Source: Hyperthermus butylicus DSM 5456 (GTDB taxonomy: Archaea > Thermoproteota > Thermoprotei_A > Sulfolobales > Pyrodictiaceae). From it: 32,000 nt of DNA. Position numbers and translations under genes: made by a program. This document shows, piece by piece, positions 7,788-17,032 of the stretch. Where the stretch lies: contig NC_008818.1 of the NCBI RefSeq assembly GCF_000015145.1, positions 180,001-212,000 on the forward strand. The letters are read 5' to 3'. How positions within the stretch are numbered: the first letter of the stretch is position 1; the number at the start of each line of letters is the position of its first letter. Under the pieces are notes generated by a model, which saw nothing but the letters and a program-made list of their open reading frames with translations, did no database searches and had not been told where the DNA came from.

Positions 7788-9041
7788 CTAGTGCTGCCTC
7801 CTGGCGAGCTCGTCCCGATACTTCTGGGCGATCTCCTCGAGCTTCGAGAGGCTGCCCTCGAGGGCGGCTTCATGGGCGTATAGGATTAGTGGCCTTAGAA
7901 GCTTCTTGGTGAGGCTGTAGGCGAAGCTGCGTGCTACGAGTAGTGCGGCACCGTCAACGCCTAAGCCGCGGAGCCTTGAGACAAGCTCCTCGACCTCCTC
8001 CTCCATAACGCGGTTTGCGTACCTCATGATCTCCGCTATGGCCTCGTCGGCGCCCCTCTTTAGCCAGAGCTTGCGGAGAAGCGCCACCTGCTCCTCCACA
8101 ATAGCTTCCGCCTTTGGCACCTCGCGTATCCTCACGGCGAGAACCTCTTTGATAACCTTCTCGACGTCACGGAGCCCTGCGTAGTAGACGTTACTGGGTA
8201 TGGGCTGCTCCACGGCTGGCGGGTTGGAGATGTCCACCACTACCAGGTGCCGGCCAACATCCTCAAGCATGCTCCTCTTGATAACGGGCTCGTTGACGGT
8301 TACAGCTACCAGGACCACGTCAGCAGCCGCTAGGAGCTTGGGAAGCATGTCGAGCCCGTAAGCCTCTCCCCTAACCTTGCCTGCTAGCTCCCTAGCCCTG
8401 TCCACGCTGCGGTTGACGATGCTGATCCTTGCGGTGGGCGCCTCCTCCCGGACAAGGCTGGCCATTATTGAGCCTGCCTCGCCGGCTCCCACTACGACGA
8501 CGTGCTTGCCATCGAAGCCTCCGGCAGCCTCCCTAGCCAGCTTCACGGCCGCGCCAGGCGCGCCCACGTTGCCGTAGGATATCCTGGTGCGGCTACGCAC
8601 CAGCTTGCCGGTGCGGACAGCCTGGCTGAAAAGGAGCCCTAGGTACTTGCCCGCAACCCCCCTCCTGCGGGCCTCCTCGTAGGCCCTAGCAACCTGGCCG
8701 AGGATCTCGTTTTCGCCTATAATAGCTGATTCCAGGCCGGCAGCGACGCGGAAAAGGTGCCGCACAACATCCATCCCGTGGAGTATACGGGCATACCGGG
8801 AGGCTTCGCCGAGGAAGCCTATCACGGTCTCCACGAAGCCCCGGCGAGGGAGAGCATAGACCTCAAACCGGTTGCACGTCGCTAGCACAACGGCCTCGTC
8901 GACGACGCCCCGAAGGATCTGGTAGGCCTCCCCAACCCTAGACTCGAAAGAGCCCACAACATCTAGCGGAGCATCACGATGTGTCAGTATGACTGCTGTG
9001 AGCTCCTCGAGGAGCCGCGGCATCCCCCTACAGCCCCTCAT
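7788..9041 (-). CDS. hemA: glutamyl-tRNA reductase
   Basis: 417 aa. It carries the active-site 'LATCNRFEVY', 'ESAIIGENEILGQV' and the NADPH Rossmann motif 'VVVVGAGEAG'. An alternative start is ATG 9023 (MPRLLEEL..). Confidence 0.9.
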   Translation of the reverse strand: MRGCRGMPRLLEELTAVILTHRDAPLDVVGSFESRVGEAYQILRGVVDEAVVLATCNRFEVYALPRRGFVETVIGFLGEASRYARILHGMDVVRHLFRVAAGLESAIIGENEILGQVARAYEEARRRGVAGKYLGLLFSQAVRTGKLVRSRTRISYGNVGAPGAAVKLAREAAGGFDGKHVVVVGAGEAGSIMASLVREEAPTARISIVNRSVDRARELAGKVRGEAYGLDMLPKLLAAADVVLVAVTVNEPVIKRSMLEDVGRHLVVVDISNPPAVEQPIPSNVYYAGLRDVEKVIKEVLAVRIREVPKAEAIVEEQVALLRKLWLKRGADEAIAEIMRYANRVMEEEVEELVSRLRGLGVDGAALLVARSFAYSLTKKLLRPLILYAHEAALEGSLSKLEEIAQKYRDELARRQH

Positions 9042-9293
9042 TCAGCTGGCGCAGGCCGCGTAGGCACCGTGTAATGGTGGTATTGTGCCCAGATTATAAC
9101 GGTACTACATCTTTTAAATATGCTGTCCCGCAAAAATTCGTTGGCCAGGCCCAGCAAATCCCCGGCAATGCTAGCCGTCAAGCAGTCCTCTACGCTCCTT
9201 GTCATACTTATCTTACAGGCTTCAACCAGGGGCCTCCCACGGGCACCTAGATATGTAGGTGGCGGATCTCCCTGTTCCCGGGGCTGTACGGAG

Positions 9294-10082
9294 ATGGCTA
9301 CTGAGCCTCTGTTAGTGCTTGCAGCCTACCGGGGCAGCACACGGTACAACCTTATACGGGGGCTGCTCGCAAAGGCTGAGGCAGCCTGTAGCATGGATGG
9401 CTACGTTGAATGCCGCATCGGAGAGCAGGGCGAGTCGATTCCCCGCCCCGTGCTCGCAGCCCGCATATACCAGTGCAGCTGCTGGGATGACGGGGCAGAG
9501 ATATGGGCGAGGGTTAGCGGTGAGCCCCCCGCACTGGAGGCGCTGAAGAGGGTTCTCCGGCAGGAGAAGGGGCTAGGCTTCCAGGTCCTCTCAGAGACGA
9601 AGTATAGTATTATGCTGCGGCTAGTGAGCGAGATGGAGCAGTCCTGCGGCCTCGTAGACTGGTGTCCCTTTACTAAGCCAATTAAGGCAGCGATGGTGCG
9701 CACGGTTATCTGTACGAGTAGAATGGTGCTGGTCGAGCTGATAGTTGCTAAGGCGTCAGTACTTCACAGCATAGAGGAGGCTGGCTTCGAGATAATATAC
9801 CGGGCTCCCCTCAACAGCGTCGAGCACAGCCTCACGGCTAAGCAGGAGGCAGCACTAGTGCTAGCATACCTCTACGGCTACTACAGCTATCCACGCCGCA
9901 TAAGCGTGAAAGGGCTAGCATCAAAGCTCGGTATTAGTAGTTCAGCGCTCGCAGAGCTTCTGAGAAGGGCAGAACTCAAAATAATAACACGCTACATTCT
10001 CGAGGAGCTCCCACACTACCTACTACGCCACTATGCAGCTGCAAGAATGGCTGAGGAGCGCCGTAGGGCTAGCCGACGGTGA
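9294..10082 (+). CDS. HTH_10 (bacterio-opsin-activator-type HTH) transcriptional regulator
   Basis: The C-terminus 'LTAKQEAALVLAYLYGYYSYPRRISVKGLASKLGISSSALAELLRRAELKII' is the classic 'LT.rQ...L..A...GYy..PR......lA..lgis.s...e.LR.ae.k' motif. The track ORF starts at 9120, inside a TTTTAAATA box (9112-9120), and its first 58 aa look non-coding. ATG 9294 is preferred, with ATG 9168 as an alternative. Confidence 0.7.
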   Translation: MATEPLLVLAAYRGSTRYNLIRGLLAKAEAACSMDGYVECRIGEQGESIPRPVLAARIYQCSCWDDGAEIWARVSGEPPALEALKRVLRQEKGLGFQVLSETKYSIMLRLVSEMEQSCGLVDWCPFTKPIKAAMVRTVICTSRMVLVELIVAKASVLHSIEEAGFEIIYRAPLNSVEHSLTAKQEAALVLAYLYGYYSYPRRISVKGLASKLGISSSALAELLRRAELKIITRYILEELPHYLLRHYAAARMAEERRRASRR

Positions 10083-10092
10083 GTTCTGGTAG

Positions 10093-10135
10093 GTGTACCG
10101 GTGGATGCACGGGTACACATCACTGTTTGCGTTTT
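10093..10135 (+). terminator. hairpin plus T-rich tract downstream of the HTH_10 gene
   Basis: GTGTACC (10093-10099) pairs with GGTACAC (10112-10118). This is followed by TGTTTGCGTTTTA. It begins 11 nt after the stop codon. Confidence 0.4.
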
Positions 10136-10244
10136 ACGGGCTTATTTAAGGTTTCCCTCATTCTAGCTCTAGGCAAAAGTTTTACGATACATATCACTTA
10201 CTAGGAATATGTAGAACCTAAGGTTCCAGTAGAGGTGAAGCAGT

Positions 10245-10730
10245 ATGCCCAGGCGCGGGATAAACTGGGCTGTGGAGGTTCTCAAGAGGATTAAGGGACT
10301 CGAGTTCCCAGTAACTAGGGAGCAGCTACGCGAGAAACTCAGGGACTTCTACTACCACGGCATACCAGCCACGAAGATCCTCGACGAGGTCGAGAAGGAG
10401 AGCTTTGCAAGCCCAGCCGAGCTCCTGCACGAGCTTGCTGAGGCTATCCGGAAGCTTGAGGAGCGGGGCGAGCTACCGATAACCGCCCGGAGAGGCATCA
10501 ACTGGGCTGTAGAGGTTCTCAAGAGGATCAAGGGCCTGGAATTCCCGGTGACGAAGGACAAGCTCGCAGAGAGGCTCAGAGACCTAGCCTGGCACGGCAT
10601 CAACATGGACAAGATACTAGCCGAGATAGACCGGGAGAGCTTCGCGAGCCCAGCAGAGCTGCTACACTCTCTATCAGAGGCTATCCGGAAACTCGAGGAG
10701 CGCGGCGAGATACAACCAGCTCAGGCCTAG
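10245..10730 (+). CDS. tandem DUF2795-like protein (two 79-aa repeats)
   Basis: 161 aa. Each half contains 'LKRIKGLEFPVT+-+L...L.....HGI...KIL.E...ESFASPAELLH.L.EAIRKLEERGE', which matches the DUF2795 pattern 'l.gv.FPa.k.eL......g.....l..l....f.sp.ev'. GAGGTGA lies 8 nt upstream of the ATG. Confidence 0.7.
   Translation: MPRRGINWAVEVLKRIKGLEFPVTREQLREKLRDFYYHGIPATKILDEVEKESFASPAELLHELAEAIRKLEERGELPITARRGINWAVEVLKRIKGLEFPVTKDKLAERLRDLAWHGINMDKILAEIDRESFASPAELLHSLSEAIRKLEERGEIQPAQA
10251..10724 (+). repeat. intragenic tandem duplication, 2 x 237 nt
   Basis: The repeat units are 10251-10487 and 10488-10724. The 5' ~70 nt are nearly identical at the DNA level (AACTGGGCTGTrGAGGTTCTCAAGAGGATyAAGGG..). 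The protein halves are similar throughout. Confidence 0.85.
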
Positions 10731-11056
10731 CCCTCGCGGCTACCAGCTCTTTTTATGAGCTCTCTAACCAGGCTGCCGTCGCCCCTCTCCAGCGCGTTAA
10801 TAGCTTCTAGAACCTTGACTGGTGAGCCAGCGAGAGGTATTAGGAGCGAACGCAGAATAACCCTCGCCCTCTCCCTCCCCCCAGTAGCCTCCACGAGCAC
10901 CTTGTAGGCCTCCAATGGGTTCTCAATAAACAATGTGGCGAAATCGGTACGGTACAGGCTAAACGATCTAGAATCCAGGATAGCCAGTATACCCATAGCT
11001 ACGCTCCTCAGCCGGGCGCGTATAATCCGTGCAGCCCGCTCCTCCATGGCCACCAC
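10727..11056 (-). CDS. hypothetical protein (alpha-helical, 109 aa)
   Basis: GTG-start ORF, with an alternative ATG at 11047 (MEERAARII..). The composition is protein-like and I recognise no motif. Its stop overlaps the DUF2795 gene stop in a shared CTAG. Confidence 0.45.
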   Translation of the reverse strand: MVAMEERAARIIRARLRSVAMGILAILDSRSFSLYRTDFATLFIENPLEAYKVLVEATGGRERARVILRSLLIPLAGSPVKVLEAINALERGDGSLVRELIKRAGSREG

Positions 11057-11272
11057 AACCTAGCACCATAGGAGCTCACTGGGCTCCCTAGAGTCTGGGA
11101 GGAAGCCCATCTATGCTAACGGCTAAGCCGGGTAAAAGCTAGAGGGTTAACAGGTTAGAGTGCAGGTTATATTCCCTTGGGCCTGGGCAGGCGCAGTGGT
11201 AACAAGTAATATTGTACTGGGAGGCGCCCCTCCTCTCCCACCCCTAGCCTTTGCTGTTTTATTTACACTTGT

Positions 11273-12766
11273 TCAGACCCTCGTGCAGAACTGGAGGAGG
11301 TTATTGGTTCTAAATCTTACCGGTATCTTGACGTGTATTAGCGGGTGGTAGACCTCCATACTTGTCTCTAAGCCTAGCGGCTCATACTCATACTCTACTA
11401 TGCTCCTCGGATTCGCCTCTATGTATATCGAGAGTTCGAACAGCGGTGTTACGGGTAGCTCTTTGAGCTGTACGCGACTGGGCACGCTGTAGAGGTAGAA
11501 GCCGGTTACTCCTTTTTTCTTGCTCCTAACCAGCAGGTTGTAGAGGCTCGCATAGTACCGTTCCTTCCTCGTCTCGACAACCTCTATTGCTTCGAGCCCA
11601 TCTACTAAGAGTATGCTTGGCTTAAACTGGTCTATGGCGCTGCTAATAAGATCTATGAGTTCTACTAGCGTATATACTGTAGGGTTCACCGATACAACGT
11701 TTGGTAGCGGCTTTTCATCGGGGCTACCCACGACCCGGAGGCTACACTCAAGCATGTCAGCTATGGATTTCGAGCTGTTCTTAAAGCTGACTATTAGTAT
11801 GTCCTCCCCCATAAGCATGAGGGATGAGGCTATAGTGCTTAGGACTAGGGTCGAGTGTATCACAGGGCTAACTCCTATAAGGACCTGGCTCCCCTTGGCT
11901 ATGTGAAGATAGTCGCATATAGAGGCCGCTCTTGTAATCTCCTTAGCTCCTATGCCTAGCTCTACTAGGCCGTGTACCCGGAAGAGCGTGTCGCAGAGAC
12001 TTATCGTCCTACTATAGTCTAGTGGGGGAATTTCTTCCGGCTCCTCGGGCAAGCTGATATCTATCACTATTCCGGGCTTTATCCGGAACGGGAACTCCGC
12101 CTGGTGTATCGGTGCCCACCTGGCCTTCCTTATCTCCAGCACACGCTGTATCTTCCCACGTGACAGCCGGTACTTCAGTATGAACACTGCGTCGACAATG
12201 AACTCCTCTATGCCGTAGCCAACGACCTTAGCGCCATAGGGATGCTCTGCTATAAGCACAGTCGTAACCTGATGAGGCTTAAACCCATTCACGAAGATGT
12301 TTTGGAGTAGCTCCCTCACCCTCGACGGCACCTTTACTATCTGTAGCATGGCTGTTATACTGTCAATCGCCACCCTCTTAGCCTTAGTCTCCATGACTAG
12401 CTTTACCAGGTCCTCAAGCTGTGTTATAAGCGCGTCCTCGTCAGCTATCGTTACAGCCTCCATGTAGTGGAATAGCCCCTTCCTCTCGCACTCCTCGAAA
12501 TCCATGCCCAGCATGGTCATATGGTCGTAGAAGTCGCGGCGCGGCTCCACGAAGTTCAGGTAGATGCTCCTCTCGCCCCGCCGGCAGCCCTCGTAGACGA
12601 ATCTTGCAGCGAAGGTGGACTTGCCAGTGCCGGGATTGCCTGCTAGGAGGACTACAGCGCCGCGGGGGAACCCGCCTAGGAGGATTTTGTCTAGCCCCTC
12701 GATGCCTGAGGGTACTGTTTCAGGCAGCACCTTCGGTGTGTAAAACCGCCGCACGTCTATGCTCAA
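11273..12766 (-). CDS. two-domain KaiC/RecA-superfamily ATPase: an N-terminal active-looking domain and a C-terminal domain with a degenerate P-loop
   Basis: 497 aa.
- N-terminal domain: 'GIEGLDKILLGGFPRGAVVLLAGNPGTGKSTFAARFVYEG' (KaiC-type Walker A) and 'RVAIDSITAM' (Walker B-like).
- Second half: repeats the fold (..VLIGVSPVIHSTLVLS.. / 'SILLVDGLEAI') but has no GxxGxGK[ST].
The start is TTG, with a TAATAATA box at about 12781-12795. Confidence 0.85.
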   Translation of the reverse strand: MSIDVRRFYTPKVLPETVPSGIEGLDKILLGGFPRGAVVLLAGNPGTGKSTFAARFVYEGCRRGERSIYLNFVEPRRDFYDHMTMLGMDFEECERKGLFHYMEAVTIADEDALITQLEDLVKLVMETKAKRVAIDSITAMLQIVKVPSRVRELLQNIFVNGFKPHQVTTVLIAEHPYGAKVVGYGIEEFIVDAVFILKYRLSRGKIQRVLEIRKARWAPIHQAEFPFRIKPGIVIDISLPEEPEEIPPLDYSRTISLCDTLFRVHGLVELGIGAKEITRAASICDYLHIAKGSQVLIGVSPVIHSTLVLSTIASSLMLMGEDILIVSFKNSSKSIADMLECSLRVVGSPDEKPLPNVVSVNPTVYTLVELIDLISSAIDQFKPSILLVDGLEAIEVVETRKERYYASLYNLLVRSKKKGVTGFYLYSVPSRVQLKELPVTPLFELSIYIEANPRSIVEYEYEPLGLETSMEVYHPLIHVKIPVRFRTNNLLQFCTRV

Positions 12767-12877
12767 GATACTACACTCTCCCCAGTATTATTAGTAATTG
12801 TGGTGGCTGGGTGCTATATGATGGTATTCTCTTGGTAGCCAGCAGTGTCTCCGGTGATGGTCCCGGGGCCAGGGCAC

Positions 12878-13771
12878 CTAAAATATTATTATCGGTGCTG
12901 CCAAGTAAACTGCTAGACTTAGAGGTAGCAGCATAGCAATATACTTTGAGGCGAGCGCAATATAGCCGTAGACGACACGTGCTATCACTATCGACGATGC
13001 GACAACAATCATTATGAGCGAGTAGAAGTATAGTCCGGCAAGCACGCCCGTATCTATCCTAGTGGTCATGCCTGGTAGCGGTACAGCTGTAGCTTGGGCG
13101 ACGAGCGCAACGGTTACGCCCGCGGTTAGCGCGTAGGCTACGGCGGCAAGCCCAGCTATCATCTTGTACTCGCTGAGCCGGGCCTCGGCAAGCCCTACGA
13201 GGCGCCGTGAAGCGTCAGCATAGGCTGCAACCTTGGAGAGTACTATGTGGATGTGGCCGCCGGTTTTTGCGGCTGTTACCACGCTCCTAGCCAGTATACG
13301 CACCTTGCTCGGAGCAGCGGTGAACGCCTCGTTGAACGCTCTCTCCAGGTCGCCGGTTGAGGCGTAGATCCTGGCCATGCGCTCCACATAGCTGTTAAAC
13401 GGAGGTCTGAGCATCCGCGCAGTACGGAGCAGCGCGTCGGCTGTCGAGGGGCTGGCAGCAAGCATGCCTGGGAGAATGAGTAGGAACTCTATGAGCTGCT
13501 CCTCAAACATCCTCAGCTCGGTATAGCGTTGTCTTGCGTAGAAGTACACTGGCACCATGGCGGCTACTATGGCGCCGCTAATCATTATCATTGTGCCACG
13601 GTCAGCTATGACCGGGACAAAGTAGACAAACTTGACGGTATGGTATGGCTTAACCCAGTCGAGTCCGAAGAATGACGCAAGCACATTAGCCATGTGGGGG
13701 TAGCCGGCTAGCCACGCGCCAACAGAAACAATTGAGAGGATCACCGTGACAATCGCTGCCAGCCTAGCCAA
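12878..13771 (-). CDS. type IV pilus/Tad-like platform protein, single T2SSF domain (TadC-like)
   Basis: 297 aa with a TTG start 13 nt after the upstream stop. It has TM helices at both ends and a cytoplasmic helical T2SSF-like core ('..LLRTARMLRPPFNSYVERMARIYASTGDLERAFNEA..'). Confidence 0.72.
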   Translation of the reverse strand: MARLAAIVTVILSIVSVGAWLAGYPHMANVLASFFGLDWVKPYHTVKFVYFVPVIADRGTMIMISGAIVAAMVPVYFYARQRYTELRMFEEQLIEFLLILPGMLAASPSTADALLRTARMLRPPFNSYVERMARIYASTGDLERAFNEAFTAAPSKVRILARSVVTAAKTGGHIHIVLSKVAAYADASRRLVGLAEARLSEYKMIAGLAAVAYALTAGVTVALVAQATAVPLPGMTTRIDTGVLAGLYFYSLIMIVVASSIVIARVVYGYIALASKYIAMLLPLSLAVYLAAPIIIF

Positions 13772-13786
13772 GGTACCGGCCCTCCC

Positions 13787-14638
13787 CTAGATCCTTAGCC
13801 TGGACACTATCATGTCCGCCATGATAACGACTACGGCCACAGTCACGGGTATACCTATGAATGTCGTGAGGAAGAGTATAGCGTCGAAGCTGAGCCCCGC
13901 TACTTGCTGGAATACCAGTAGGAGACCAACCACACCTATGGATACGGGTAGCATCACTGCCGCAGCCATGTAGAACTCTAGTAGGGCGCCGAGGCTATTG
14001 GTGAGCCGGTCGATCTCTGTCTCCTGCGTGCTAAGATACTCGGATATGGCTGCATCCACAACCTCCCGTAGACCCGAGCCGGTGCGGGCAGCTGCGGAGA
14101 GGCCTGCGAGTAGGCTGTGGAGGCTAGGCGATGGAGTGAGCTTGGAGGCCTCCTCCAGGACACGGTCTACCGGTATTCCAGCCCTTATGCCCGACACTAT
14201 ATACTCTAGCTCTATCGAGAACTCCTTAAGCTCGCGGAGATCCTCCCGGTACATCCTTTCAAAGGTCTCAATGAGCCCTGCACCTGCTAGGAGCCTTGTT
14301 GCGAGCGCCTGGGCGAAGAGGAGGAAGCGGGCCTCCAGCTTCTGGCCCCTGTTACGCGCAGCAAGCATCGGCAATGCTATGTAGATAGCTAGCATAACTA
14401 TGAATGCTATGAGCGCTCCTCCAGCCCCGAAGACTGCCGCTATGATGGCTGGGAACCCCTGGATGTAAAGCATTACTGCTGGCAATATACCGGCGAGGAA
14501 GACTACAGCAACAGTTGCAGCTAGGAATAGCACCACGTACCTCTCGAAGCTCGATGCTATGCCGCTTCCGACAACGTGGTACCTCAGCAGCGGATCCAGC
14601 TTCTCGCCTAGCGCTGCAAAAGCCTCCACAACACTCAA
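13787..14638 (-). CDS. type IV pilus/Tad-like platform protein, single T2SSF domain (TadB-like)
   Basis: 283 aa with a TTG start 3 nt after the ATPase stop. It has N- and C-terminal TM helices and the core 'IVSGIRAGIPVDRVLEEASKLTPSPSLHSLLAGLSAAARTGSGLREVV'. Confidence 0.72.
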   Translation of the reverse strand: MSVVEAFAALGEKLDPLLRYHVVGSGIASSFERYVVLFLAATVAVVFLAGILPAVMLYIQGFPAIIAAVFGAGGALIAFIVMLAIYIALPMLAARNRGQKLEARFLLFAQALATRLLAGAGLIETFERMYREDLRELKEFSIELEYIVSGIRAGIPVDRVLEEASKLTPSPSLHSLLAGLSAAARTGSGLREVVDAAISEYLSTQETEIDRLTNSLGALLEFYMAAAVMLPVSIGVVGLLLVFQQVAGLSFDAILFLTTFIGIPVTVAVVVIMADMIVSRLRI

Positions 14639-14641
14639 GGC

Positions 14642-16264
14642 CTAGACACCCAGGCCGGCGGCGAACGTGTAGGGCTTGGTCTCCGAGAGCGCCTCCACAT
14701 ACACCTTCTCGGGCTCCCTCATGTACCTACGCACAATCTCGTGCAGTTCCAGCACGTCGGCACCACGCTCAGCAGCCCATTTAAGCACCGTAGCCCTCAT
14801 CTCTATATCTTTCCACACCTCACTAGGCTTAGCCAGCAATAGGTCAGCGATAGCGTTAACAAAGCTGCTCTCCTCAACCACGAGCCTCCACACATCATTA
14901 TGGCTATCCCAGACGATAAGCCTACCTATCTCAACCTCGTCCCGGACGGGATCGTAGTCCCTCGCCTCATCTACCTTTATAACCTTACGGTAGACATGGC
15001 CCCTCCTCTCGATACGGAGCATATGCACGTAGAGCTTGGCAGCAGCAATAATGCTCTTAGGCACGTTCATAGGCGGGCTGGCGAGCCTCCGGATAAGCAC
15101 GTCCGCCGATTCAGCATGCACGGTTGTTATGCCACCGTGGCCCGTGGCGAGAGCCTGGAAGAACGCGTAGGCCTCCCTGCTACGAATCTCACCCAATATT
15201 ATCACGTCCGGCCTCATGCGTAGCGCGCTCTCGACCTGCGCCTGCAACGTAATATTCTGCACGCCAGGCTGGTCGGAGAGCCTCGTATGCATAGCGGTCC
15301 AGTTATCGTGGAAAGGTATGCTGATCTCGGGCGTATCCTCGATCGTGACTACCTTGTACTCCGGCGGCAACAGCATAGCCAGCGCGTTGAGCAGTGTCGT
15401 CTTGCCAGCACCAATGGGCCCGTAGATGATAACGCCCTGCTTGTACTGTATCGCAGCCCACAGCATAGCAGCCACGCCGGGGTCTAGTGTGCCGCGGCGG
15501 ATAAGCTCGGTTATCGTGAACGGCTCGGCGCGGAACTTACGCACCGTAAAGCTGTGGCCACGCCTAGAGACAACATCAAGCACTATGTGGACACGGTAAC
15601 CCTCAGGCTTCAATACACCCTCAACAACGGGCCGGGCAAGGCTGGGCTCCTGACCACTGCGGAGCGCAAGCTTCATAACAACATGCTCTAGCTCCTCAGT
15701 GCTCTCAAACGTGATACCAGTCGTGAGCCACTCGAACTCTGTGTGGTAGACGAATACGGGGGATAGGAGCCCGTTACACGAGATATCCTCGATGTAGGGA
15801 TCCCTTATCAGCGGGTCGATACGACCATAGCCAACCAGGTCCCGCGCAATATAGTAGGCAACACCAAGCGCCTCCTGCTCCGGGTCACGCCTAAGCTTCC
15901 TCAGCTCCTTACGATGCCACATCACCAGCCGACGGGCAAGCCGGTAAGCCTCCCTCAAACCCTCACCAAGATCAGTCAGCTCCGAGAAAAGCTTCAAAAG
16001 CCGAAGATCACCAATAATCTTGCTACGCAGCCGGTCGAGAATCCTTCGACCAATATCGCTTAGCTTAGGCTCAAAGACGTTATAGAACCTCCTACCATCC
16101 TCATCCTCGACAATAGAGACGGCAACACGAGGCTCTTCGAGTAAACTATACTCCCTAAGAATACGTAGCTTTTCACCTGTACCCCCCACGCTATCAATAT
16201 TCTCTAAGGCAGCATCGATTCTATCGTTGTTGACGCCTGCTCTACCTTCATGCCGGGCAGCCAT
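14642..16264 (-). CDS. type II/IV secretion-family ATPase (ArlI/TadA/VirB11 clade) of a type IV pilus-like system
   Basis: 540 aa. It carries Walker A 'IYGPIGAGKTTLLNAL', Walker B 'RPDVIILGEIR' and the His box 'ATGHGGITTVHA'. A TAATAT box sits about 30 nt upstream of the ATG. Confidence 0.9.
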   Translation of the reverse strand: MAARHEGRAGVNNDRIDAALENIDSVGGTGEKLRILREYSLLEEPRVAVSIVEDEDGRRFYNVFEPKLSDIGRRILDRLRSKIIGDLRLLKLFSELTDLGEGLREAYRLARRLVMWHRKELRKLRRDPEQEALGVAYYIARDLVGYGRIDPLIRDPYIEDISCNGLLSPVFVYHTEFEWLTTGITFESTEELEHVVMKLALRSGQEPSLARPVVEGVLKPEGYRVHIVLDVVSRRGHSFTVRKFRAEPFTITELIRRGTLDPGVAAMLWAAIQYKQGVIIYGPIGAGKTTLLNALAMLLPPEYKVVTIEDTPEISIPFHDNWTAMHTRLSDQPGVQNITLQAQVESALRMRPDVIILGEIRSREAYAFFQALATGHGGITTVHAESADVLIRRLASPPMNVPKSIIAAAKLYVHMLRIERRGHVYRKVIKVDEARDYDPVRDEVEIGRLIVWDSHNDVWRLVVEESSFVNAIADLLLAKPSEVWKDIEMRATVLKWAAERGADVLELHEIVRRYMREPEKVYVEALSETKPYTFAAGLGV

Positions 16265-16423
16265 GCATCAACAACCCTACACGGCCAGATTGATATTACA
16301 ACTTTTAACTATGTATACTCACCACCGAGTACGAAGTACTCACCGTTTACAGTTATTTGATAATATATGTTACACTAATATGGACTAAGGAGTAGGTCAG
16401 AGACAGATATTTTAGCGTTTCTT

Positions 16424-16429
16424 AAAAAA
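16424..16429 (-). terminator. oligo-T tract (T6 on the minus strand) about 45 nt downstream of the pilin stop
   Basis: The plus strand reads CTTAAAAAAG. Archaeal terminators are typically simple T-runs, and the position fits a separately terminated pilin transcript. Confidence 0.35.
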
Positions 16430-16473
16430 GTATGCCTTGTCTTTCGAGTTTATGACCATCTTCTTAACTCTTA

Positions 16474-16896
16474 TCACCTAACAACGACTAGGTATGTAGC
16501 CTCAATACCATTGGACGTTACGGCCTTTACGATTACACTAGTGTACTGCGAGACATCTACTGGTACGTCATACGTGTATAGGTAGAGGTTACCGGGGTTT
16601 ATTGTTGCACCAATGTTATTCGCGCTGTTGATGACTTGACCTGTTGTTGCATCGATAACGTATATCGCATCGATGGTTGCTGGTACGTCGCCAACATTCC
16701 TAATGTAGACTGCTGTTATTTGTTTATTTGTAACATCTACTGCCTCTATTCTTATTGCTTCCTGCAGCTTGGTTTGGCTTGTTGGTGTGCTGGATACCAT
16801 GCCGCTTACCCATAGGTATAGCACTACGGCGGTGGCTACGGCTATGATTATTAGCAGTGCTGTTGCCACGACTGGGGAGACTGCGCGCATGCGCAT
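16474..16896 (-). CDS. archaeal type IV pilin-like protein with a class III signal peptide
   Basis: 'MRMRA|VSPVVATALLIIIAVATAVVLYLW' is the canonical +charged/(G/A)|xSPVIAT hydrophobic N-terminus processed by PibD/EppA-type peptidases. The C-terminal part is beta-rich. The ORF is open to 16914, but ATG 16896 fits an AATAAAG box about 27-35 nt upstream. The protein contains no Cys. Confidence 0.8.
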   Translation of the reverse strand: MRMRAVSPVVATALLIIIAVATAVVLYLWVSGMVSSTPTSQTKLQEAIRIEAVDVTNKQITAVYIRNVGDVPATIDAIYVIDATTGQVINSANNIGATINPGNLYLYTYDVPVDVSQYTSVIVKAVTSNGIEATYLVVVR

Positions 16897-17032
16897 GTAG
16901 ACCCCCTCTGGCACCTTGGCTTTATTCTACAGTGTGCTCGAATAGTGTATGAATGTTTGGGCTGTTTTTAAACGTTAGCTCGGCTGGTGCGTAGTGGCTA
17001 AGTGGTGACTAGGTAGCATCTGGGTTTCGGTC

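Noticed and set aside
9120-9293. N-terminal 58 codons of the track ORF 9120-10082
   Set aside because: ATG 9120 lies inside the TTTTAAATA TATA-like box, and the encoded peptide is low-complexity (Ser/Pro/Arg/Gly). The regulator most likely starts at 9294, or possibly 9168.
12878-16914. Interpretation of the pilin/ATPase/membrane-protein cluster as an archaellum (arl/fla) operon
   Set aside because: The cluster has no ArlF/G/X-like genes, and its platform is split into two half-size T2SSF proteins rather than one ArlJ. Only a single short pilin-like gene is present. It fits a Tad/Epd-like adhesive pilus better.
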